In this document: positions 10,774 through 17,470 of the stretch, in pieces
Layout: every line of letters starts with the position of its first letter
Numbering within the stretch: the first letter of the stretch is position 1
Source of the DNA: an uncultured Gammaproteobacteria bacterium
GTDB lineage: Bacteria > Patescibacteriota > Patescibacteriia > Magasanikbacterales > GWA2-37-8
Length of the DNA stretch: 53,447 nucleotides
Reading direction: 5' to 3'
NCBI GenBank assembly: GCA_964363145.1
Contig: CAYIHE010000001.1
Span: forward strand, 1 to 53,447
Program-made: the position numbers and the translations under genes
The notes under the pieces: generated by a model
Told to the model about the DNA's origin: nothing
The model's input: the letters and a program-made list of their open reading frames with translations, nothing else
Databases searched by the model: none

Positions 10774-10872
10774 TGTCATTGCGAGGAGCCGTAGCGACGC
10801 GGCAATCCCACTGTTAGTAGTACTAGTATTTTGGGATTGCTTCGTCGTCCGCGAGGACTCCTCGCAATGACA
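10774..10872. repeat. MITE-like palindromic element, family A
   Basis: TGTCATTGCGAGGAGCCGTAGCGACGCGGCAATCCC...GGGATTGCTTCG...CCTCGCAATGACA. Fills the metG-rsmI spacer. Confidence 0.85.
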
Positions 10873-10880
10873 ACCCTTAA

Positions 10881-11570
10881 TTACTTTTGATTTACTACAA
10901 CCACAAACTCCCCTCTTTCATCTTTCATTTGTTCTATAATTTGACTAATATTTCCTCGATAAATAGTCTCAAATTTTTTAGTAAGTTCACGGCAAACTAC
11001 CATTTGTCTTTCGGGATTTAACACTTCCTTTAATTCCTGCAGACATTTTTTTATTCTATGGCCTGATTCGTAAAATACAGTTGTATATTCAGCCGCGGCT
11101 ACTTCTTTAAAAAACTTTTGCCTTTTATTTTTATGGGGAGGAAAACCCATGAAAACGAATTTGTCCGTGGGAAATCCGGAGATGGAAAGGGCGGCGACGG
11201 CGGCGCAGGGGCCGGGGATGGGGATTACCTCGGCAACTCCCCCAACCCCCTCTTGGTAAGAGGGGGACACGATTCGTGAAATCAATATTCCTCCCGGGTC
11301 GCTTATTCCAGGCGTGCCGGCATCTGTGACCAAAGCCAGATTTTTACCTTCTTCTAACAAACCAATAATTTCTTTAATTTTTTTGGCTTCAGAGTGCTGG
11401 TGGTAGCTGATAAGCGGTTTGTTGATTTGATAATGATTGAGCAAATTTTTTGTCACCCGCGTATCTTCGCACAAAATAAAATCAACACTTTTTAATGTGT
11501 CCAGTGCGCGCAAAGTAATATCGCCAAGATTCCCAATCGGGGTGGCGACAATATAAAGTTTACCAAACAT
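10881..11570 (-). CDS. rsmI: 16S rRNA (cytidine1402-2'-O)-methyltransferase
   Basis: Start moved to M19 (MFGKLYIVATPIGNLGDITLRALDTLKSVDFILCEDTR), the canonical RsmI N-terminus. The upstream 18 codons overlap a terminator hairpin. Carries a hairpin insert at 11238-11270. Confidence 0.88.
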   Translation of the reverse strand: MFGKLYIVATPIGNLGDITLRALDTLKSVDFILCEDTRVTKNLLNHYQINKPLISYHQHSEAKKIKEIIGLLEEGKNLALVTDAGTPGISDPGGILISRIVSPSYQEGVGGVAEVIPIPGPCAAVAALSISGFPTDKFVFMGFPPHKNKRQKFFKEVAAAEYTTVFYESGHRIKKCLQELKEVLNPERQMVVCRELTKKFETIYRGNISQIIEQMKDERGEFVVVVNQK

Positions 11571-11607
11571 ATACGGTGGTATTTTAGCAAATAAACGATA
11601 AAAAGGC

Positions 11608-11782
11608 AAAAAAATGGGTGCCACCGAAGTAGCACCCCCACAGAGACCAAGAGTCCGAGGATTGAATCTCTGTGTGGCAGAATCTGGAAGGCCTGATCTG
11701 CCTTACGAGGGTACCCATTTGATCTGTTTGATCATCCTCCTGGTTAGGCCGTACATGAGCAATGTACGTCAAAACCCTCGTC
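11608..11782 (-). ncRNA. Candidate structured RNA of ~175 nt (unknown class) or cis-regulatory leader of rsmI
   Basis: Minus-strand TTGACA (11812-11817), 17-nt spacer, TAGATT (11789-11794). Four stems seen by eye. Ends in GGGUGCUAC-UUCG-GUGGCACCC plus U7 (11608-11637). No credible ORF. Confidence 0.4.
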
Positions 11783-11831
11783 CAAGATAATCTAACATAG
11801 GATACCGCTTGTGTCAATATAAAAAGGTTGC

Positions 11832-12260
11832 TCACTTCGCTAGTTTCGCGACAATCCGGCGCAAAAGCCAAAAGAGGCAGAAAAACAGCGCGCCAACACC
11901 GCCCATAATCAAGTCGTTCATGGTGTCGGCGTTGCTTAACTGTGAATGAGTGAAGAAATAAGTATCGGAAATAAGTTCGTAAAATTCCCAGACCACCGCC
12001 ATAGCCATAACAAAATTCAAAATTAAAATAAAATCAATAAAAATATTGGCGGTTTTAATTTTGTTATAATTTTTCGCCAAATCCAAAATGAAGTAGCCGC
12101 TGACGGCCATGCTAAACCCGCCGCTAAAGTGAAATAGGATATTTGGCCACCACCATACATCTTCCGGATTGTATAATAGGTTAAGAGAATGGGAAATAAT
12201 ATACACTAAAAAAGGAAACAGGCAAATTTTTACAATGTCGCTAATTTGGATTTTTTGCAT
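11832..12260 (-). CDS. Hypothetical 4-TM membrane protein
   Basis: 142 aa with hydrophobic segments. Last gene of the co-directional Fe-S block. No family recognised. Confidence 0.55.
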   Translation of the reverse strand: MQKIQISDIVKICLFPFLVYIISHSLNLLYNPEDVWWWPNILFHFSGGFSMAVSGYFILDLAKNYNKIKTANIFIDFILILNFVMAMAVVWEFYELISDTYFFTHSQLSNADTMNDLIMGGVGALFFCLFWLLRRIVAKLAK

Positions 12261-12269
12261 AATTTAAAA

Positions 12270-12464
12270 TCAGGATTTTTCTTCCCAATAAATAGCCGCG
12301 GTCGGACAGGCATCAATGCCGCTTTGAATATTTTCTTCAGTATCGCCGGTTTCATTAAAAACCTCGGCCTTATTTTCATCGTTCATGCGAAAAACATTCG
12401 GACAAATAATAGGACAAGTGCCGCAACCGATGCATTTTTCTTTATCCACTTTTGGAACGCGCAT
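12270..12464 (-). CDS. Small [4Fe-4S] ferredoxin
   Basis: 64 aa. CIGCGTCPIICP plus distal DACP, a mono-cluster ferredoxin pattern. Confidence 0.85.
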   Translation of the reverse strand: MRVPKVDKEKCIGCGTCPIICPNVFRMNDENKAEVFNETGDTEENIQSGIDACPTAAIYWEEKS

Positions 12465-12485
12465 ATAATTTGGTTTAACGAAGCA

Positions 12486-12806
12486 TTAACTTAAATCTCC
12501 AAGAATATCTTCTTTGAGAGTTTTATCTAAATTGGATTTTTTGTCTGCTGATGTTGGAGCAATAATCTGCGATGCTTTTTTTATTTCGTCCATAACTGTA
12601 TATTTAGTTACACCCAAAACAAAATTGTCATTGACAAGCATATTTGGCCCAAAATCACAACAGCCAAGGCAGGAAGTAAATTCTAAATTGTAATCATCAG
12701 CTTCAGATTTTATTTCTTTTTCTATCTTTTCCATAATCTGATTTGCTCCGCGACTGGAACATCTGTGTCCGCAACAAATTTTTACGGCTGTAGGTTTTTT
12801 TCCCAT
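12486..12806 (-). CDS. Thioredoxin-like [2Fe-2S] ferredoxin (NuoE-like fold)
   Basis: 106 aa. Cys pattern CCGHRC ... SCLGCC followed by GPNMLVN. Confidence 0.7.
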   Translation of the reverse strand: MGKKPTAVKICCGHRCSSRGANQIMEKIEKEIKSEADDYNLEFTSCLGCCDFGPNMLVNDNFVLGVTKYTVMDEIKKASQIIAPTSADKKSNLDKTLKEDILGDLS

Positions 12807-12809
12807 ATT

Positions 12810-13487
12810 TTATCCATAGTATTTTTCGGTATAAAATCTAATCAGGTCTTCGATGGCCGGAATGGATTCTGGATCGCCAATACCCACTTTTAGTTTCTTT
12901 TGTACGTCTTCCAGGTCGCGCGCGCCTTCCAAAACCGCTTCTTCAATGTCGTGATCCGTAATATTTAAAACCTTGTCTATTACTTTGGCACCGGCGGTAA
13001 TAATTCGGCCGTGCTGACCGGTCTGGCGGAAATAATCGTTAACAGCGGCCTGTAAAGCTTTGTCACCCAGCACCGAACAGTGGATTTTTCTATCAGGCAA
13101 TCCGCCCAAGCGAACCAAAATATCCTGCGGTTTTATTTTTATGGCCTCATCCACCTTCATGCCATTGTTTTCCGTAATCATTTCGCTTAACACCGATGTG
13201 GAAGCAATGGCGCTGCCACAGCCAAACGTGCGCCAACGACATTCTTTGATTTTTTCCGTGGCCGGATCCACCCAAATCCATAAAACCATTTCATCGCCAC
13301 AAGCCGGCGAACCCACTCGGCCCATGCCGTTGAATTTGAATTTTTCATCCTCGCCATATTGCATAAAATTGCGCGGATTGAAAAAATGATCCTTGACAAT
13401 GTCGGAATACAACCAGCCGCCGCCATCTTTACCGCGGATGTCTACCGGCTGTGATAAATCTTCTTTTTTTTCGGCTTTAATAATCAT
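12810..13487 (-). CDS. nifU: NifU/IscU-type Fe-S scaffold with a C-terminal extension
   Basis: GSPACGDEMVLWI, FGCGSAIASTS and KIHCSVLGDKALQAA motifs. Start taken at MIIKAEKK (13487), next to the nifS stop. Confidence 0.88.
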   Translation of the reverse strand: MIIKAEKKEDLSQPVDIRGKDGGGWLYSDIVKDHFFNPRNFMQYGEDEKFKFNGMGRVGSPACGDEMVLWIWVDPATEKIKECRWRTFGCGSAIASTSVLSEMITENNGMKVDEAIKIKPQDILVRLGGLPDRKIHCSVLGDKALQAAVNDYFRQTGQHGRIITAGAKVIDKVLNITDHDIEEAVLEGARDLEDVQKKLKVGIGDPESIPAIEDLIRFYTEKYYG

Positions 13488-13488
13488 A

Positions 13489-14766
13489 TTATTTTTTATG
13501 ATGATGATAATTAGCGTGTTGTTGTTCAAGTAATTTTACCGGAGAAATTTCGCGCAACTGTTCCACAATATTCGGCAAGCAATTCATTAAATAATCAATA
13601 TCTTTTTTGGTATTGCAATGGCCGAGAGTAAAACGTAAACTGCCGTGTGAATATTCGTAAGGCAAACCCATGGCCGTAAGCACATGCGACGGTTCCAAAG
13701 ATTCGGATGTGCAGGCGGATCCGGTGGAGCACATAATACGGTATTCATCCAAATAAAGCAGGAGCGCCTCCCCTTCTATGTCCATAAAAGTAACATTCAG
13801 ATTATTTACCAATCTTTGCTGACCAATCTCCGGGCCATTCAATTTTATTTTGGAAATATTTTTTTGGATTTTTTCCCATAGATATTTTACTAATTTATTT
13901 ATTCTCTCCGATTCTTTTTCTTTTTCCATTTGCGCCAGCTCAAACGCTTTGGCAAATCCAACAATGCCAGCGATATTTTCCGTGCCGGAACGCAAACGTC
14001 GTTCTTGTCCACCGCCTAAAATTAATGCTTTAATCGGAGTGCCGCGGCGAATGTAAAGCATGCCAACACCCTTTGGACCGTAGATTTTACTGCCATTTAT
14101 GGTCATTAAATCCACATGCAACTTTTCCACGTCCAAATCTAAATATCCAGCGGCCTGGCAGGCATCGGTATGAAAAAAAGGATAAACCGAATTATTTGCT
14201 TTGCGGTATTGTAAAAGTTTGCGCCCGATTTCGGCGATTGGTTCAATGGCGCCCATTTCGTTATTGGCGTACATTATAGAAATTAAAATCGTATCCGGAC
14301 GTATGGCTTTGATAACATCATCGGCATTTACCAATCCTTGTTCATTTATTTTTACATAAGTAATTTCCCAACCTTGCTTTTTCAAATCTTCCAGAGGATT
14401 AAGCACGGCATGATGCTCTGTGGCCAGAGAAATAATATGCTTACCGCGTTTTTCATGAGCGCGAGCGATGCCATAAATTGCCATATTATCCGATTCAGTG
14501 CCGCTACCGGTAAAAATAATATTTTCCGGCAAAGCGTTGATAAGCTTGGCTATTGTGCGGCGGCTGTCATTTAAGGCGCCATTGGCTTTGCGGCCTTCGG
14601 CGTAAAGCGAGGATGGGTTGCCATAAATTTCCGAAAAATACGGCTGCATAGACGTCAAAACGCGCTTGTCCATATAAGTGGTGGCGGCGTGATCAAAATA
14701 AACATTTCTGATTTTTTTTGGTTTGGGCAACATTGATTTAACGAAATCACGTCGCGTAGCGTCCAT
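13489..14766 (-). CDS. nifS: Cysteine desulfurase (NifS/IscS class I)
   Basis: 425 aa. YFDHAATT, HTDACQAAG, NGSKIYGPKGVGMLY (PLP lysine) and active-site STGSACTS. Confidence 0.95.
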   Translation of the reverse strand: MDATRRDFVKSMLPKPKKIRNVYFDHAATTYMDKRVLTSMQPYFSEIYGNPSSLYAEGRKANGALNDSRRTIAKLINALPENIIFTGSGTESDNMAIYGIARAHEKRGKHIISLATEHHAVLNPLEDLKKQGWEITYVKINEQGLVNADDVIKAIRPDTILISIMYANNEMGAIEPIAEIGRKLLQYRKANNSVYPFFHTDACQAAGYLDLDVEKLHVDLMTINGSKIYGPKGVGMLYIRRGTPIKALILGGGQERRLRSGTENIAGIVGFAKAFELAQMEKEKESERINKLVKYLWEKIQKNISKIKLNGPEIGQQRLVNNLNVTFMDIEGEALLLYLDEYRIMCSTGSACTSESLEPSHVLTAMGLPYEYSHGSLRFTLGHCNTKKDIDYLMNCLPNIVEQLREISPVKLLEQQHANYHHHKK

Positions 14767-14784
14767 TGAAACGCGACGCGGTGG

Positions 14785-15177
14785 TTAATTAATTTTTACA
14801 TTGCGCATCATTTTCACAATATTTTTGTTTAATTTTTCGGCAATTTTTTTAACTTCGCATTTTTTGTCAAAATTCACGCAGGAATATTTTTCACAGCGCA
14901 AACACGGAGTAATCGCCGGTTTGCCTTCCATTGCCTCAAAAACATTGTATAAACTGATTTTTTTAATGGAACGGCTTAATCTATATCCGCCATTTACTCC
15001 TTGTTCGGCTTCTATGAAACCGGCCAAACTTAACTTGCGGGCGATTTTTTGCAAAAACCAAAAAGAAATGCCGGATTTCTGGGAAACTTCTCTTAAACTG
15101 CAAAAAGAATTTTTCTTAGCATCAAGAAATTGCAGCAATTGAATGGCGTAATCAGTTTCTCTTTTTAGTCCGAACAT
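14785..15177 (-). CDS. Rrf2-family (IscR-like) transcriptional regulator
   Basis: 130 aa. Winged-helix block SLREVSQKSGISFWFLQKIARKLSLAGFIEAEQGVNGGYRL. C-terminal Cys cluster CLRCEKYSC...C. Confidence 0.85.
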   Translation of the reverse strand: MFGLKRETDYAIQLLQFLDAKKNSFCSLREVSQKSGISFWFLQKIARKLSLAGFIEAEQGVNGGYRLSRSIKKISLYNVFEAMEGKPAITPCLRCEKYSCVNFDKKCEVKKIAEKLNKNIVKMMRNVKIN

Positions 15178-15178
15178 A

Positions 15179-15769
15179 CTAGAACGGCAAAGTTAAATTT
15201 ATATTTTTTCTTTCTTTATTCGCGTTTTCGGCCGACTGCATGTCAAAATTTACGGCAAACGGCACTACTTCCCCCACCAAAGATTTATAAAATAGTTGTT
15301 TATTATTTTTCCCAAATTCGTAAAGCTCTTTGGTTACTTTTACGTCTTGTTCGCAATATTTTTTAATTTTATCTATTTTTCCTTCTTTCCACCATCTAAT
15401 AGCCTGCAGACCGTCCGCGCTTTTTGCTATATCTAAAGTAGCCATGGCGACATCGTTTAATTTTAGACGGATGCCAATGCTAGACTTGATTTCCTTCATT
15501 ATATCCAAGTGATTTATCGTGGAAAGATCGCCTAAATAATAATTATGCAAAATAGGCAAATCAAAATGCTCGCTGTTGTAACCGATAATGCGGTCGGCTT
15601 TTTCCAAAATCGGCCACAGCTTATTTAATTCATTTTCCTCAAAACTGGTATAGCTGTCGGTTGCATAACTATATATAGAAACACAAGAAATTTTGAATTT
15701 TTTAAAATCATTGTCCACGTCCGCGAACGTATTTTGTGTTTCTATGTCAAAAACTATTTCGTTTAGCAT
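15179..15769 (-). CDS. DEDD/RNase H-fold 3'-5' exonuclease
   Basis: 196 aa. ExoI FDIET, ExoII GYNSEHFDLPIL, ExoIII YCEQDVKVT. Confidence 0.7.
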   Translation of the reverse strand: MLNEIVFDIETQNTFADVDNDFKKFKISCVSIYSYATDSYTSFEENELNKLWPILEKADRIIGYNSEHFDLPILHNYYLGDLSTINHLDIMKEIKSSIGIRLKLNDVAMATLDIAKSADGLQAIRWWKEGKIDKIKKYCEQDVKVTKELYEFGKNNKQLFYKSLVGEVVPFAVNFDMQSAENANKERKNINLTLPF

Positions 15770-17052
15770 ATTCGAATTGAATTGTTACTAATATAGTATG
15801 AGTTTATGGGAGTTTTGTCAAGAGCGGACAAATCCATGCTGTTTTCAAAAGCTAAAACATCTTTTAAACGCGCTTTTGTGACCGGATGTTTCGCCACAAA
15901 TAAACTGCAGCAATCCTCGTATGGCCGGGCGGAAATATCCAACGTGCCAATGCGGCGCGCGAGGTTTATTATATCTTTTTTATTTGTTCCTATCAAAGGC
16001 GCGAGTTTGAGCATGTCGGTGGCCGAGTAGATCGCCGTCATGTTTTCCAAAGTTTGCGAAGCCACCTGTCCCAAGCTATCGCCGGTAGTTAGCGCCAAAT
16101 AATTATTTTGGCGCGCGATATTTTCAGAAATTTTATAAAAAATACGGCGAATGCTTATCATGCGATATTTTGCCGGCACTTTCATTACAACCTGCCTTTG
16201 CAGTTCGGCAAATGGCACAATAAATAATTTTATTTCCGGCTGATAATTTGACAAAACTTTTGCCAGATCAAAAATTTTCTCGCTAACTTCATCGGTAACT
16301 TTAGTTTGATTTTGGAAATGCACCAACCCGATTTCCGCGCCACGGCACATCATTTTGTAGGCCGCCACCGGACTGTCTATTCCGCCGGACAATAGCGCCA
16401 AAACTTTACCCGAACTGCCTGTCGGCAATCCGCCGGCGCCGTCGGTGGTGTTGCCATAAATACAAGCTTCATCTTTGCCAACGGAAATATGGATATTCAG
16501 ATCAGGATTATTTAAAGATACCTGCCAGTTATATTTTACGCGCGTGTACTCCCCTATTTCTTTGGCGATTTCTGCCGATGAAAGCGGAAAATTTTTAAAA
16601 GAACGTTCCGCGGAGATGCGGAAATTCGTCTTTTTGTAATTCTGAGCCCATCCGACTTCACTCATTGTCATCCCGAGCGAGCTCGCCGCGGCGAGCGACG
16701 AGGGATCTCTGTCCCACTCGTCGCGAGACAACCGGACAGAGATTCCTCCTTCGTTGTCGGAATGACAAGTGGCGGATCGGGATGACAATTGGACAATACT
16801 ATCCACTCCTTTTTTAATATCTTCAATCGTTGATTTTGTTTTTACAGCCTCTGCGTAATTGGCAAAGCCCGGAATAAGAGCTAACTGGCGCAATTGTTCT
16901 TTTTTAATATCTTCCAACCACAAACCACCTTCTACTCTGGCGACACGGATGCCGGTCAACAATCTTTCAAAATTATTTTTAAGCTGACGATAAAAAATGG
17001 GCTGGTTGGAGCCCTTTAAAAAAATTTCGTCGATGTGAATAATTACATTCAT
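15763..17052 (-). CDS. thiI: tRNA 4-thiouridine synthase ThiI carrying an in-frame repeat insertion
   Basis: 429 aa. PP-loop LLSGGIDSPVAAYKM and THUMP-like N-terminus. Overlaps the exonuclease gene by 7 nt. Confidence 0.85.
   Translation of the reverse strand: MNVIIHIDEIFLKGSNQPIFYRQLKNNFERLLTGIRVARVEGGLWLEDIKKEQLRQLALIPGFANYAEAVKTKSTIEDIKKGVDSIVQLSSRSATCHSDNEGGISVRLSRDEWDRDPSSLAAASSLGMTMSEVGWAQNYKKTNFRISAERSFKNFPLSSAEIAKEIGEYTRVKYNWQVSLNNPDLNIHISVGKDEACIYGNTTDGAGGLPTGSSGKVLALLSGGIDSPVAAYKMMCRGAEIGLVHFQNQTKVTDEVSEKIFDLAKVLSNYQPEIKLFIVPFAELQRQVVMKVPAKYRMISIRRIFYKISENIARQNNYLALTTGDSLGQVASQTLENMTAIYSATDMLKLAPLIGTNKKDIINLARRIGTLDISARPYEDCCSLFVAKHPVTKARLKDVLAFENSMDLSALDKTPINSYYISNNSIRIC
16666..16787. 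repeat. Family B element with duplicated right terminus, inside thiI
   Basis: TGTCATCCCGAGCGAGC...GGACAGAGATTCCTCC...CGGAATGACA (to 16767), then a second CGGGATGACA (16778-16787). Confidence 0.8.
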
Positions 17053-17058
17053 ATCATT

Positions 17059-17173
17059 GATTACACGGATTTACATTGGATTACACGGATTACAATCTGT
17101 TTAAATCCCGTTATAATCTGCGTAATCTGTGTTTATTCTACAGGTTTTTTGGAAATTGTAAACCCCGTAATCC
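17059..17173. repeat. GATTAC-type leader repeats, forward and inverted copies
   Basis: GATTACACGGATTTACATTGGATTACACGGATTACAATCTG, then inverted CGTTATAATCTGCGTAATCTGTG and CCCGTAATCC. Starts 7 nt upstream of the thiI start. Confidence 0.7.
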
Positions 17174-17202
17174 TTGACTTCTAAATAAAGCCAGAGTAGC
17201 AT
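17174..17202 (+). promoter_or_regulatory. Sigma70-like promoter for the small ORF
   Basis: TTGACT (17174-17179), 17-nt spacer, TAGCAT (17197-17202). Followed by SD AAAGGAGG at 17213-17220. Confidence 0.4.
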
Positions 17203-17226
17203 AAATTTAACCAAAGGAGGCGGACA

Positions 17227-17424
17227 ATGGAACCATTCGACAATAGACCGATGTATGCTAAAGTCTTGGGTTGGGCCGCGAATTTGCTTCCACAAGAAGA
17301 TTCGCCGGCAGGTTCATTTGCCGAAGCTGTTTTGGAAGACGTGCTTTATTATAGCTTGTATAGCGTGCAATTGGCTGAAACAGTTTTTTTCAAATGCCGA
17401 TCCAAAAAGCGGGCTGGCAGATAA
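17227..17424 (+). CDS. Orphan 65-aa protein with a strong SD
   Basis: AAAGGAGG lies 6 nt before the ATG. Has its own promoter-like and terminator signals. Only plus-strand unit within 29 kb. No motif recognised. Confidence 0.5.
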   Translation: MEPFDNRPMYAKVLGWAANLLPQEDSPAGSFAEAVLEDVLYYSLYSVQLAETVFFKCRSKKRAGR

Positions 17425-17436
17425 CGGGTTCTTTCC

Positions 17437-17470
17437 GAGCTGGGCGCGTCGCGCTCGGCTCATTTTTTTT
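17437..17470 (+). terminator. Intrinsic terminator
   Basis: GAGCUGGGCGCG-U-CGCGCUCGGCUC near-palindrome. Its two imperfect pairs are G-U only on the plus strand. Followed by A plus U8. The U-run overlaps the copA stop codon. Confidence 0.65.

Noticed and set aside
11616-11720. Plus-strand fragments reminiscent of a TPP riboswitch (GGGTGCC ... CCTGATCTGCC ... GAGGG).
   Set aside because: The conserved CUGAGA and ACCUGAUCUGGAUAAUGCCAGCG arrangement is not reproduced. The helices are in the wrong order. No plus-strand gene follows.
11584-11871. 95-aa minus-strand ORF covering the rsmI upstream region.
   Set aside because: It runs through a promoter, four stems and the terminator hairpin. It has no start-site signal and a Cys/Trp/Ser-rich nonsense composition. 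The region is better explained as RNA.
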